A DNA stretch of 64,000 bases from Pseudomonadota bacterium (GTDB lineage: Bacteria; Myxococcota_A; UBA9160; UBA4427), in contig JAPUKG010000007.1 in NCBI GenBank assembly GCA_027295775.1, positions 276 to 64,275 on the forward strand. The letters are read 5' to 3'. The notes beneath the pieces were generated by a model. That model did no database searches. It was not told the origin of the DNA and was given only the letters and a program-made list of their open reading frames with translations. How positions within the stretch are numbered: position 1 is the first letter of the stretch; every line of letters begins with the position of its first letter. Shown here one piece after another: positions 1-9,662 of this stretch. The translations under genes and the position numbers were made by a program.

Positions 1-336
1 GTTGACCTCGATGCCCGACAGCACTTCGTCGGCACTCGCGAGGCTCTCCTCGAGCTCCCGCACGGTCGCGGGCGGCAACACCTCGTCGGGATCGAGGGCC
101 AGCACCCAGTCGTGGGAGGCGAGTCCGGCGCAGAACTCCTTCTGCTCGATGTCCCCGAGATAGGGCCGGACGATCACGCACTGGGCGCGCTCGCGGGCAA
201 TCTTCTCGGTTCCGTCGCGACTCTTCTCGTCCACCACCACGACGATCTCGTCCGCCCAGGCCACCGAGTCGAGACAACGGGGCAGGAGCTCCTCCTCGTT
301 GCAGGCGATGATGCAGACGGAGACCGGTGCCCTCAT
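1..336 (-). CDS. Glycosyltransferase family 2, N-terminal part only (gene runs off left edge)
   Basis: Not in the ORF track. Own minus-strand translation from ATG 336..334 gives MRAPVSVCIIACNEEELLPRCLDSVAWADEIVVVVDEKSRDGTEKIARE..., a typical GT-A/GT2 N-terminus. The ATG overlaps the rel stop (ATGA at 333-336). G/C-rich third positions. Confidence 0.75.
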   Translation of the reverse strand, partial: MRAPVSVCIIACNEEELLPRCLDSVAWADEIVVVVDEKSRDGTEKIARERAQCVIVRPYLGDIEQKEFCAGLASHDWVLALDPDEVLPPATVRELEESLASADEVLSGIEVN

Positions 337-2498
337 CCCCGGACGCGTTCCACCGAGTGGACACCGCGGACCTTTTCGATCTCCTTCATGACCGAATTCA
401 GGGTGCCCACATCGGCAACCCAGAGCTGGAAGGTCAGGACCGCCAGGCGATCCATGTCGGTCGTGATGCGCGCGTCGCTGATGTTGATGCCCGCGGTCGA
501 GATGGACCTGGTGATCTTGGCCAGGATGCCGGGTTGATCCTTGGAGCGAACGCGGATCTTGATGCGCCGCGGCACCTCGGCCTCCACGTCCCAGTCGACT
601 TCGATCCTCCGCTCGGGATCGAGCTCGAAGACCCGGCGACAGGAGACCGAGTGGACCGTCACGCCCCGGCCTCGCGTGACGAAGCCGATTACCTCGTCGC
701 CGGCCAGCGGGTCGCAGCATCCGGCGAAGCGCACCATCACGTCCGGCTGACCGCTGACGCGGATGCCGCTCCTCGACGGCGGCGCCTTCTGGCGGCGAAA
801 CAGGCTGCGCAGCTTCTGGGGGACCGACTCGGCGTCGCCCTCCGTCTCCTGGGGCTCGCCGACGAGCTTCTTGACCAGGCTCGCCGCGGAGACCTTTCCG
901 TAGCCGACGGCGGCGAAGAGATCCTCGACCGAGCCACCGCGCAGGCTGGTGTTTGCCAGCTCCCCCAGCTCGCCCGCCTCCAGCAGGCGCGCGAGCGACA
1001 AGCCCGCGCGGCGCAGCTCCCGGCTGAGGATGTCGCGGCCGAGCTCGCGGCTGCGCTCGTTCTCGGCCAGCCGGATCGAGTGACGGATGCGACTGCGCGC
1101 CTTGCCCGTGACGACGAACTCGAGCCAGTCCTTGCGCGGGAACTGGTGCGTGCTCTGGGTGATCTCGACGGTGTCGCCGTCGTGCAGGGTGTGGCGCAGC
1201 GGGACCATCTTGCCATTCACCTTGGCCCCGGCGCAGTGGTCGCCCACCTCGCTGTGGATGGCGTAGGCGAAGTCCACGGGGGTGGCCAGGCGGGGCAGAT
1301 CGATCACGTCTCCCTTGGGCGTGAACACGAAGACCTCGTCGGGAAAGAGGTCGACCTTGACCACGTCCAGAAACTCGTGGGGGTCGTCCAGCTCACGCTG
1401 CCACTCCAGCAGCGAGCGCAGCCACGCGAACTTGTTGTCGTCGTCCTGGGGTACGCTGCCGCGGCCTTCCTTGTACTTCCAGTGCGCTGCGATCCCGAGC
1501 TCCGCGTTGCGGTCCATCTCGCGGGTGCGGATCTGGATCTCCATCCGCTCTCCGTAGGGACCGATCACCGCGGTGTGGAGCGACCGGTAACCGTTGGGCT
1601 TGGGCAGCGCGACGTAGTCCTTGAAGCGACCCGGGACCGGGCGCCAGGTGTTGTGGAGGATGCCCAGCGCCTGGTACGCGCCGTCGCTGGCCGAGTCGAG
1701 AATGATCCGAAACGCGATCACGTCGTAGACCTGGTCCAGGTCGATGCCCTGGCTCTCCATCTTGGCGTGGATGGAAGCCAGATCCTTCACCCGCCCCTTG
1801 ATCTCGGCGTTCAGACTCGCGTCGGCGAGCTTGGTCGAGAGGATGCTGATCACCTCTTCGATGTACGCCTCGCGCTCCTGGCGCAGGCCGGAGAGCCGGC
1901 TCTCCAGATCCTCGACCACGGCGGGCTGGAGCTGGCGGAAGGCCAGGTCCTCGAGCTCCTGCTTGAGCCAGTGGATGCCCAGCCGGTGCGCCAGCGGGAC
2001 GTAGATCTCCTGGGTCTCCTGGGCGATCCGCCGCCGCGAGTCCTCGCTCATGAAGCCGAGGGTGCGCATGTTGTGCAGGCGGTCCGCGAGCTTGATCAAC
2101 AGGATGCGGATGTCCTTGGACATCGCGATCAACATCTTGCGGAAGTTCTCGGCCTGGGCCTCGCGGTCGGACGTGAACTCGATCTTGGCGATCTTCGTGA
2201 GTCCCTCGACCAGGAACGCCACCTCCTCGCCGAAGTGCTTCGCCAGCTCGTCCCGGTCGACGAGGGTGTCCTCGATCGTGTCGTGCAGAAGCCCGACCGC
2301 CACCGTCTGTTGATCGAGGCGCATCTCGACCAGGATGCCCGCCACCTCCAGCGGGTGGACCAGGTAGGGCTCGCCCGAGAGGCGCTCCTGGCCCTCGTGG
2401 ACCTTGGCGGCGAAGACGTAGGCCCGCTGCAGCAGCTCCAGGTCGACGCCCGGGTGGTACTCGAGGATGCGGTCGGCGATGTCGTTGAAGCGCAGCAC
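333..2498 (-). CDS. rel: Bifunctional (p)ppGpp synthetase/hydrolase (RelA/SpoT homolog)
   Basis: 721 aa. HD hydrolase motif (LLHDTIEDT). Synthetase motif (RFKDYVALPKPNGYRSLHT). TGS (VFVFTPKGDVIDLP) and C-terminal ACT-like region. GTG start. Confidence 0.95.
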   Translation of the reverse strand: MLRFNDIADRILEYHPGVDLELLQRAYVFAAKVHEGQERLSGEPYLVHPLEVAGILVEMRLDQQTVAVGLLHDTIEDTLVDRDELAKHFGEEVAFLVEGLTKIAKIEFTSDREAQAENFRKMLIAMSKDIRILLIKLADRLHNMRTLGFMSEDSRRRIAQETQEIYVPLAHRLGIHWLKQELEDLAFRQLQPAVVEDLESRLSGLRQEREAYIEEVISILSTKLADASLNAEIKGRVKDLASIHAKMESQGIDLDQVYDVIAFRIILDSASDGAYQALGILHNTWRPVPGRFKDYVALPKPNGYRSLHTAVIGPYGERMEIQIRTREMDRNAELGIAAHWKYKEGRGSVPQDDDNKFAWLRSLLEWQRELDDPHEFLDVVKVDLFPDEVFVFTPKGDVIDLPRLATPVDFAYAIHSEVGDHCAGAKVNGKMVPLRHTLHDGDTVEITQSTHQFPRKDWLEFVVTGKARSRIRHSIRLAENERSRELGRDILSRELRRAGLSLARLLEAGELGELANTSLRGGSVEDLFAAVGYGKVSAASLVKKLVGEPQETEGDAESVPQKLRSLFRRQKAPPSRSGIRVSGQPDVMVRFAGCCDPLAGDEVIGFVTRGRGVTVHSVSCRRVFELDPERRIEVDWDVEAEVPRRIKIRVRSKDQPGILAKITRSISTAGINISDARITTDMDRLAVLTFQLWVADVGTLNSVMKEIEKVRGVHSVERVRG

Positions 2499-2565
2499 CG
2501 AGAGAGAAATCCCTTATAGATCAATGAGTTGAATCAGACGATACCACAACCGCTGGAGCCCCTGG

Positions 2566-3222
2566 TCAGGCTTGGCCCGGCTCCGGCCGCGCCGTCCAGC
2601 GCGCCCGCACGGCGTCGCGCCCGTAGCGCTCGACGAGCTCGGCGGCGCGGCCCTCGCGCTCGGCGCGAATGATCTGGAGCACGGCCTCGATCGTGTCCTC
2701 CAGGTCGTCGTTCACCACGGCGTAGTCGAAGAAGGCCAACGCCTCGAGCTCCCGATCCGCCACCGCGAGCCGGCGGTGGACGGCATCGTCGCTGTCGGTC
2801 CCCCGCGAGCGGAGGCGCTCTTCCAGCACCTTCATCGACGGCGGCAGCAGGAAGAGGAAGCGCGCGGCCGACAGCCGATCGCGCAGCTGCCGCGCGCCCT
2901 GGATCTCGATCTCCACGAGCAGGTCGTACCCCTGCTCGAGCGGCTCCTCGAGGGAACGCCGGCTCGTTCCGTACACGTTGCCGGCGTACTCTGCGTGCTC
3001 CAGGAACTCACCGGCCTCCACCCCGCGGCGGAACTCCTCAGCCGTCACGAAGTGGTAGTCGATGCCGTCGCGCTCACCGTCGCGTGGCGCGCGGGTGGTG
3101 TGGGAGATCGAGAAGCGCAGCCCGGAGTCGCGCTCGAGGGCCGCCCGACAGACCGTGGTCTTGCCGGTGCCCGATGGTGCCGCCACGACGAACGGGATGC
3201 CGCGCCGCCGCGACGCGCTCAC
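2566..3222 (-). CDS. gmk: Guanylate kinase
   Basis: P-loop APSGTGKTT; [21 protein letters not shown] guanylate-kinase signature. The GTG start overlaps the upstream stop (GTGA). Confidence 0.95.
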   Translation of the reverse strand: MSASRRRGIPFVVAAPSGTGKTTVCRAALERDSGLRFSISHTTRAPRDGERDGIDYHFVTAEEFRRGVEAGEFLEHAEYAGNVYGTSRRSLEEPLEQGYDLLVEIEIQGARQLRDRLSAARFLFLLPPSMKVLEERLRSRGTDSDDAVHRRLAVADRELEALAFFDYAVVNDDLEDTIEAVLQIIRAEREGRAAELVERYGRDAVRARWTARPEPGQA

Positions 3223-3479
3223 GAGGCACCGCTCCCGCCGCCGCCCGCGTCTTCCTGGGAGAGACGCGACTGGATCGTCTCCGGATTGATCGCCGAGAGC
3301 ACCACATGGTCGCTGTCGGTCACGATGATGGAGCGCGTCTTGCGGCCCTGGGTCGCGTCGACCAATTTGCCCCGGGCCGAAGCCTCCTCGCGCAGACGCC
3401 GCATGGGCGAAGACTGGGGCGAGACCACTGCCACCACGCGGGAGGCGATCAGCAGGTTGCCATAGCCAATGTTCAGCAT
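3219..3479 (-). CDS. RemA/DUF370-family small DNA-binding protein
   Basis: Trimmed to the ATG giving [33 protein letters not shown]...[29 protein letters not shown], which matches the RemA/YlzA pattern. The yicC-remA-gmk order is also typical. Confidence 0.8.
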   Translation of the reverse strand: MLNIGYGNLLIASRVVAVVSPQSSPMRRLREEASARGKLVDATQGRKTRSIIVTDSDHVVLSAINPETIQSRLSQEDAGGGGSGAS

Positions 3480-3522
3480 GCGCGGTACCGGGCTCGCGCC
3501 CGGCTCGCGACCCGCGCCGGTT

Positions 3523-4407
3523 CTACTCAATGTTTTGAACCTGTTCTCGGATGCGCTCGATCTCGGCCTTGACCTCCACCACCACGTGGGCGAGCGGGGC
3601 GTCGTTGGCCTTGGCGCCGACCGTGTTCGCTTCCCGCGCCATCTCCTGGAGCAGAAAGTCGAGCCGTCTGCCGACGGGCGTGCCGCGATCCGCCTCGGCC
3701 ATGATCTGGCGAAACTGCGCCACGTGACTGCGCAGGCGAGCGATCTCCTCGGTGATATCGAGGCGGTCCGCGGCGATCACGACCTCCTGGTGAAGCCGCG
3801 CCTCGTCGAGCAGGCCCGTCTCGCTCTCGAGCTGCTCGGCGCGCTTGCGCAGCTTCTGCCGCACGGACTGGACCACCAGCTCGCTCCGGCTCTCCAGGAT
3901 GACCGCCGACTCGACGACGCGGTCGAGGCGCGGCCCGAGCTCGCGGGCGAGAGCCTCTCCCTCCGCCCGGCGCATGGCGTCGAGCGCCTCGAGGGCCGAA
4001 TCGACGGCGCGGCCCAGCTCTTCGGCCAGCGGCTCGGCGGGGAGCTCGACTTCGACACTGCGCGCGACCCCCGGCAGCGACAGGAGCGCGGTCACGTCGA
4101 GGGTGCCCGGGACCAACCCCGCCAGCTCCCGGGCGACGTCCAGGTACTGCTGGGCCGCCTCGCGGTCGATCTCGATGCGCGGCGGCACCACCACATCGGC
4201 GGGATGGGAGACCGAGAGGTCGACCTTCCCGCGCGAGAGGGCGGCCTGGATGCGCGCCTTGATCTCGGCCTCGCGGTCGGCCAGGACTCGAGGGAGCTTG
4301 ACCCGGGCGTCCAGGTAGCGGTGATTGACAGTGCGCACCTCCACGTCGAAGACGGCGCTGCCGACCGAGAAGGAGGCCCGCCCGTACCCCGTCATACTGC
4401 GGATCAT
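3523..4407 (-). CDS. yicC: YicC-family stress-induced protein (DUF1732)
   Basis: N-terminus [11 protein letters not shown]...[12 protein letters not shown] and C-terminus [12 protein letters not shown]...[19 protein letters not shown] 4407 forms an ATGA overlap with the upstream GT2 stop; the track start at 4413 is a GTG. Confidence 0.9.
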   Translation of the reverse strand: MIRSMTGYGRASFSVGSAVFDVEVRTVNHRYLDARVKLPRVLADREAEIKARIQAALSRGKVDLSVSHPADVVVPPRIEIDREAAQQYLDVARELAGLVPGTLDVTALLSLPGVARSVEVELPAEPLAEELGRAVDSALEALDAMRRAEGEALARELGPRLDRVVESAVILESRSELVVQSVRQKLRKRAEQLESETGLLDEARLHQEVVIAADRLDITEEIARLRSHVAQFRQIMAEADRGTPVGRRLDFLLQEMAREANTVGAKANDAPLAHVVVEVKAEIERIREQVQNIE

Positions 4408-5438
4408 GCGCACCCCTTCGCGCTGGCGTTGGCCCGCGCCTCTTGCTTCCCGGCTTCCGGCGCGGGACTAGCTTCCCGCGTTCTCGGCCCGCCGTCGAGC
4501 GCGGCGAGTCCCGCGCCCGCCGGGCAGCCCCGAAGGTGCCAGAGGAGCACCTGGAAGCGCTCGACCAGGCGCGCCCGGGCCGGAGCGGAAGCTGCGGCCG
4601 GCGCCGCGAGCAGGAGCACCGAGCCCAGGAGCCTGGCCGCGCGCAGGACCGCCACCGCCAACGCGACGGCGTGGCCGCGGTGCTCGCGCAGGAAGCGGTA
4701 CAGCGAGCGGTGGTACTCGATGCGGGTGGCGGCCGGGTGACGGCGCTTGCTGCTCGCCCCGAGCAGGTGCACCACGGGCGCGCCGGGCACGAGCCGCACC
4801 CGCCAGCCGCCGCGGCGCAGGCGCCAGCACCAATCCGTCTCCTCGAGGAAGAAGAAGTAGTCCTCGCAGAGGGGCCCGATCGCGTCCACGGCGGCGCGGC
4901 GCACGAAGAGCGCCGCGCCGCGGAGCGCCTCCACATCGATCGGCTGCTCGTAGCGGCGCCGCTTCGACGGGAAGCGCGCCGGGAGCAGGGCCTCGCGCAG
5001 CCGGGCCGGGACCAGCTCGGTGGCGAGACCCGGGAAGGGGTGGATCGTATTCTGGGGACGGCCGTCCGGGTGCTGGAGCTCGGGACCCGCAGCCCCCACG
5101 GCGGGATCGTCGCGCAGCGCGGCCAGGCAGCGGTCCAGGGCGGCCCGAGTGATGCGCACGTCGGTGTTGAGCAGCAGAATCGAGTCGCCGCCGACCCGGG
5201 CCAGGGCCGCGTTGTTCCCCGCCGCGTAGCCGCGGTTCTCGGCGAGCTCGATCAGGCAGACCGTCGGGAAGCGCTCGCGCACGGCGTCGGCGCTGCCGTC
5301 GCGCGAGCCGTTGTCGACCACACAGATCTCGGCGGCCAGGGGCTCGCCCTCGGCCAGGACCCGCTCCAGCGTCTCCAGACACGAGAGCAGGAGCTCCCGG
5401 GTGTTCCAGCTGACGACGATGACCGCGAGATCGCTCAT
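4404..5438 (-). CDS. Glycosyltransferase family 2
   Basis: Trimmed from the 429-aa track ORF to MSDLAVIVVSWNTRELLLSCLETL...VVDNGSRDGSADAV...NRGYAAGNN...LLLNTDV (GT2 motifs). ATGA overlap with the upstream heptosyltransferase stop. Confidence 0.85.
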   Translation of the reverse strand: MSDLAVIVVSWNTRELLLSCLETLERVLAEGEPLAAEICVVDNGSRDGSADAVRERFPTVCLIELAENRGYAAGNNAALARVGGDSILLLNTDVRITRAALDRCLAALRDDPAVGAAGPELQHPDGRPQNTIHPFPGLATELVPARLREALLPARFPSKRRRYEQPIDVEALRGAALFVRRAAVDAIGPLCEDYFFFLEETDWCWRLRRGGWRVRLVPGAPVVHLLGASSKRRHPAATRIEYHRSLYRFLREHRGHAVALAVAVLRAARLLGSVLLLAAPAAASAPARARLVERFQVLLWHLRGCPAGAGLAALDGGPRTREASPAPEAGKQEARANASAKGCA

Positions 5439-6493
5439 CGGCCGTCCTCCGAGCGCGGGGGTTCGAGCGCGCGCAGGATCTCTGCCACTACCCGCTCGGG
5501 CGCGATCCGGGTCATGCAGCGGTGGTCGATGGGACACACGCGCCGGTAGCAGGGCCGGCAGCCCACGTCGGTCTGGAGCACGGTGACGCGCTCCAGGTTC
5601 TCGTTCGTCTTGGCGAGATCGGTCGGGCCCATCAGGACGATCGCGGGCACGCCGAACGCCACCGCCACGTGTCGCGCCCCGGCGTCGTTGCACACCAGCG
5701 CGGACGCGCGGCGCAGCACCGCCTTGAGGGATCCCAGGTCCAGGGCGCCCACCAGATCCGCGGTGGGCTCACACGTGGCCGCGCGGACGCGCGCTGCCAG
5801 AGGCGCCTCCGCCGGCGCACCCACCAGCACTGCCTGGCCGCCGGCGCGCACCACGGCGTCCGCCACAGCCGCGAAGGACTCGGCCGGCCAGCACTTGGAC
5901 GGGCCGTAGGAGGCACCTGGCGCCAGCGCCACCCACGGACGAGCCGAGTCGACGCCCCGAGAGGAGAGCGCCTGGGCGGCGCGCTTCTCCTCGACCGGGG
6001 TGGTGAAGAGCTCGAGGTGGGTACCCCGCTCGGGGCAGCCGAGGGCGCCCACCAGGTCGAGCACGAAGCGCTCGCGGGCCACACGCCGGTGGCTCCCCCA
6101 AGCGGAGGGCGGCGTGACGGGGGTGTGGAGGAGAACGCCGCGGCCTCCGCGCCGGTAGCCCGCCACCTCTCGCACACCGCCAGCGCGCATCAGCAGCGCG
6201 GCGGAGAACGAGTCGGGGATGCAGATGCCCAGGTCGAAGCGCGGCGCGCGTCGGCGCAGCTCCCGCGCCTCGCGCAGCACGGCGGCCGTCCCCCGGTGGT
6301 ACGACGTCACGGGCACGACCTCGTCGAACCAGGGAGCGCCGTGCATCAGCGCCTCGAGACCGGGGCGCACCTGAAGCGTGATGCGCGCCTTGGGGAAGCG
6401 ACCGCGCACGGCCCGGAAGCCTGGCGTGGCCATCACCAGGTCGCCGGTCCAGTTGGGGCCGCGGAGCAGGATCTCGCTGGGCTCGGACACCAT
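5435..6493 (-). CDS. ADP-heptose:LPS heptosyltransferase (GT9)
   Basis: Trimmed to MVSEPSEILLRGPNWTGDLVMATPGFRAV...; C-terminal GT9 motif CNDAGARHVAVAFGVPAIVLMGPTD. TGATG junction with the upstream gene. Confidence 0.85.
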   Translation of the reverse strand: MVSEPSEILLRGPNWTGDLVMATPGFRAVRGRFPKARITLQVRPGLEALMHGAPWFDEVVPVTSYHRGTAAVLREARELRRRAPRFDLGICIPDSFSAALLMRAGGVREVAGYRRGGRGVLLHTPVTPPSAWGSHRRVARERFVLDLVGALGCPERGTHLELFTTPVEEKRAAQALSSRGVDSARPWVALAPGASYGPSKCWPAESFAAVADAVVRAGGQAVLVGAPAEAPLAARVRAATCEPTADLVGALDLGSLKAVLRRASALVCNDAGARHVAVAFGVPAIVLMGPTDLAKTNENLERVTVLQTDVGCRPCYRRVCPIDHRCMTRIAPERVVAEILRALEPPRSEDGR

Positions 6494-7563
6494 CACACCG
6501 CGATCGCAGCGGTCCCGGCAGTCCCGGCGGACCGGACTGGACCGCCGACCAGCAGCTCGCGCGCGGCCGACACGACGTCGCGGGTCGGAACGCCGCGCAT
6601 GCAGGTCGCCTCCGCGCACCCCCGTCGGCACGGACTGCACGGCACCGGAACCCGGACCGCTCGGGACGGCGTCCCGGGATACGGCGCGTTCACGACCGGA
6701 TCCGTCGGGCCCAGGATCTGCACCACCGGGGTTCCCACCAGTGACGCCACGTGCAGGGGACCGCTGTCGCTTCCGACGAACAGACGGCACCAGGCGAACA
6801 GGGCAGCGAGGTCGGGCAGGCTCGGCGTCTCCGGCGCCAGGCGGGCCGCGCCGTCCGCCGCGTCCACCACCGAGCGGGCCAGCTCGCGCTCCCCAGGGCC
6901 GAAGCTCACGATGCAGGAGACGCCGTCGGCGCCGGCGAGCACCTTCGCAAGTGCGCCGTACTGCTCCGGGTCCCACCTCTTGTACGGCGTCGAGTCGCTG
7001 GTGCCGGGATGGAGCACCACGGGCGCGGGCCCGGCGCCCAGACTCGCACGCACGCGCTCCCGGGCCGCTTCGGGGACGCACAGCGGCGCCTGCGCCGCCG
7101 ACTCCGTCACCGCCAGGAACCGGACCAGCGCCTCGTTTCGCTCGAAGCGACTCAAGCGGGTGTCACCCAGCCGGACGCGCCGGTTCGTGAACAGCCAGGA
7201 TCCCTCGCGCGCGACGGGCGCGGCGTAGCCCACGCGAAGCGGAGCCCCGGAAAGGCGTGCGAGCAGGCCGCTCTTCAGGATCCCGTGGAAGTCGAGAACG
7301 AGATCGAAGCCCCCGCGCCGCAGCGCGGCGATCCAGCGCCCGGCCTCCCCCGCTGCGGCGAGCCAGCGCCCGCGACGCACCAGATCGGACAGCGCCTCGC
7401 GCGGGAAGAGCATCACCTCGTCCACCCACGGCTGGGTCTCGACCACCGACGCGGCTTTGCGCTCCACCATCCAGGTCAGATGGGCGTCGGAGTAGTGGGC
7501 GCGCAATGCCGACACCGCCGGCAGGGTGCGCACCACGTCGCCCACCGCGCCGAGGCGGATCAC
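6493..7563 (-). CDS. ADP-heptose:LPS heptosyltransferase (GT9), second copy
   Basis: (M)IRLGAVGDVVRTLPAVSAL N-terminus and GSDSGPLHVASLVGTPVVQILGPTD motif. GTG start. The in-frame upstream residues RILV look like part of the family N-terminus, but no ATG/GTG/TTG is available there. Confidence 0.85.
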   Translation of the reverse strand: MIRLGAVGDVVRTLPAVSALRAHYSDAHLTWMVERKAASVVETQPWVDEVMLFPREALSDLVRRGRWLAAAGEAGRWIAALRRGGFDLVLDFHGILKSGLLARLSGAPLRVGYAAPVAREGSWLFTNRRVRLGDTRLSRFERNEALVRFLAVTESAAQAPLCVPEAARERVRASLGAGPAPVVLHPGTSDSTPYKRWDPEQYGALAKVLAGADGVSCIVSFGPGERELARSVVDAADGAARLAPETPSLPDLAALFAWCRLFVGSDSGPLHVASLVGTPVVQILGPTDPVVNAPYPGTPSRAVRVPVPCSPCRRGCAEATCMRGVPTRDVVSAARELLVGGPVRSAGTAGTAAIAV

Positions 7564-7631
7564 CAGGATCCGCCCGGCCGCGGGAGTCCGCGGCAGGGGA
7601 TTCAGGCAGCGAACGATGACGAACCTCGCCG

Positions 7632-8567
7632 ATGGAGAACGGGACAGATAGGATACCCCGCGATGAGAGCACCGCGCACGTTCTCGTTGTGAGCGGATCG
7701 TCAGGATCTCGAGGATCTCCGGCCGCCAGCGGTTCGTTTCGGCGCATCTCGATTGGCCGCTCGGTGTTGGTGGTCGATGCCGCCCTCGAGAACGCAGTCC
7801 ACGCGTTGGCGCTGCACGAGCCGGAGCGCCTGCGGGACGTTCTGGCCGCTGCTGCCGCGCCTCCCCTCGGCGGACGCGGCCCGGCGGCCGTGGTCGACCT
7901 GCCTACCAACGACGCGGAGGGCGACGCAGGGGGCGCCGTGCGGCTCCACCTGCGACCCCTTCGACACGGAGGCTGGCTGGGCGGCTTGCTCGGGCGGCGC
8001 TGGCTCGGTCTCGCGCGTCCGGTCGCCGAGCTGGAAGCAACCGCCGAGCTGCGCGCGCGGGGCGCACCGGTTCCGCGACCCGTGGGCGTGGTGGGCCACC
8101 GTGTCTGGCGATTCTGGGAGGCCGTGGTGGCCACCGTCTTCGAGGAGGATGCGCCGGACGCGGCGCGCTTCCTGGCACGCGATCCCGCCCCTGCGCGGAT
8201 CCACCGGGCCGCTCGGGCGGCCGGGCACGCCGTCCGGCGCTTCCACGACGCGGGCGGCCGCCATCGCGATCTGCACGTCGGCAATCTCCTGGTGCGCGAG
8301 GTCGACGAGCGCGCGGAGGTGATCATCGTCGATCTCGATCGGGCGCGGCTCGGGCCGGACCCGCCGCCGGCGCGCCGCATGGCGGAGCTGATGCGCCTCT
8401 ACCGGTCGCTGGTCAAGCGCGGCCTCGCCACCCGCGTGGGGCCGCGCGGCTGCGCGGCCTTCTTCGCCGGCTACGTCGGGCGCGATCGAGATCTGCGCCG
8501 CGCCCTGCTCGCGCGCCTGGGCCGCGAGCGGGTTCGTGTTCGTCTCCACGCGCTGGGGTATCGCTAA
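7632..8567 (+). CDS. Lipopolysaccharide kinase (Kdo/WaaP family)
   Basis: Kinase catalytic loop HRDLHVGNLLV followed by IIVDLDRA. Sits inside the LPS core cluster. The first ~44 codons have atypical A/T-ending codons, so the true start may be GTG 7764. Confidence 0.7.
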   Translation: MENGTDRIPRDESTAHVLVVSGSSGSRGSPAASGSFRRISIGRSVLVVDAALENAVHALALHEPERLRDVLAAAAAPPLGGRGPAAVVDLPTNDAEGDAGGAVRLHLRPLRHGGWLGGLLGRRWLGLARPVAELEATAELRARGAPVPRPVGVVGHRVWRFWEAVVATVFEEDAPDAARFLARDPAPARIHRAARAAGHAVRRFHDAGGRHRDLHVGNLLVREVDERAEVIIVDLDRARLGPDPPPARRMAELMRLYRSLVKRGLATRVGPRGCAAFFAGYVGRDRDLRRALLARLGRERVRVRLHALGYR

Positions 8568-8570
8568 GCC

Positions 8571-9662
8571 GTGCGTCTCGTCCATGTCGACCGGCAGCGC
8601 TCGTGGACCGGGCAGATCGCGCGGGTACATCGGATCGCCACGGCGATGGCCGAGCGGGGACACGATGTCCGCGTCGTGGCGCATCCGCGGAGTGCGCTCG
8701 AGGAGCGCTGCCAGCGCGACGGGGTCGAGGTCCTGCCGCTGCCCATGCGCGGCTGGCGCGCGCATGTCTCTACGCTTCCCCTGGTTCGCGCGCTGCGCAA
8801 ACGACCGGCGGACATCCTGCACTGCCACGGCGCACGCGATCACCAGCTGGCAGCGCTAGCGGCTCGCTGGGCGGGTGTTCCCCACCTGATCCGCACCAAG
8901 CACAACCACACGACCCTCCGTTCGGGCCCCTTCAGCCGGTTCCTCTACGAGCGCTGCGCCCGGGTGATCACTGTCTCGGACTACGCGCGCGAGCAGCTTC
9001 GCCGCGATGGGGTGGCCGGCGCCCACGTGCAGACCGTGCGCGACGCGGCCGCGGTGTCGCGTTTCGCGCCGCGACCGCGCGATGCGGACCTGGCCCGGAA
9101 GCTGGGGCTGCCCGAGGGAGCGCCGGTGGTCGGCCACGTCTCCCGGCTGTCGCCCCGCAAGGGAATCGAGCAGATCCTGCGCGCCGCCCGGATCCTGCTC
9201 GATCGAAGCCCCGAGCCGAGCCCGTGGTTCCTGCTGCTGGGTGGCGACGCCGGCCGCTGGCAGCCCCTGGCCCGGCAGCTCGGCATCGCGGACCGGGTGG
9301 TGTGGGGTGGCTTCCACGAGGACGTGCCCGCCGTGCTCTCGCTGATCGACATCTTCGTGTATCCGTCGCATCAAGAGGCGCTCGGCATGGCCGTCCTGGA
9401 AGCCATGGCCATGCAGATCTCCGTCGTCGCCACCGACGTGGGCGGGCTGCGCGAGGCAGTGGCATCCGACACGGGCGTACTCGTCCCGCCGGGCGACCCG
9501 AGCGCCCTCGCCGACGCCGTGGCAGGGCTGCTCCGCGACCCCGAGCGGCGCGCGCGGCTCGGCCGCGCCGCGCGCGAGCGCGTGACGCTCCACTTCTCGG
9601 ACCGCGCACTCGTGGAGCAGACCCTCGCGATCTACGAGGAGGTGCTGAAGGGCACCTCTTGA
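8571..9662 (+). CDS. Glycosyltransferase family 4 (GT-B, WaaG-like)
   Basis: 363 aa. Typical GT4 C-terminal motif: VYPSHQEALGMAVLEAMAMQISVVATDVGGLREAV. GTG start 3 nt after the kinase TAA. Confidence 0.85.
   Translation: MRLVHVDRQRSWTGQIARVHRIATAMAERGHDVRVVAHPRSALEERCQRDGVEVLPLPMRGWRAHVSTLPLVRALRKRPADILHCHGARDHQLAALAARWAGVPHLIRTKHNHTTLRSGPFSRFLYERCARVITVSDYAREQLRRDGVAGAHVQTVRDAAAVSRFAPRPRDADLARKLGLPEGAPVVGHVSRLSPRKGIEQILRAARILLDRSPEPSPWFLLLGGDAGRWQPLARQLGIADRVVWGGFHEDVPAVLSLIDIFVYPSHQEALGMAVLEAMAMQISVVATDVGGLREAVASDTGVLVPPGDPSALADAVAGLLRDPERRARLGRAARERVTLHFSDRALVEQTLAIYEEVLKGTS

Noticed and set aside
327-2519. 730-aa plus-strand ORF opposite rel. Similar giant antisense or off-frame ORFs occur at 8603-10828(+), 17084-20641(-), 21525-25118(-), 33353-35482(+), 38903-41494(+), 39159-41501(+), 42463-44964(+), 46721-49123(+), 54092-56464(+) and 60281-62170(-).
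   Set aside because: Their translations are low-complexity Arg/Ala/Gly/Pro-rich strings with no recognisable motifs. Each lies opposite to, or out of frame with, a gene carrying unmistakable family signatures. Long stop-free shadow frames are expected at this GC content.
2499-2565. Search for rpoZ or another small gene in the AT-richer gmk-rel spacer.
   Set aside because: The spacer is only 67 nt with no ORF. It is probably the rel promoter/5' UTR, but I could not place convincing -35/-10 boxes.
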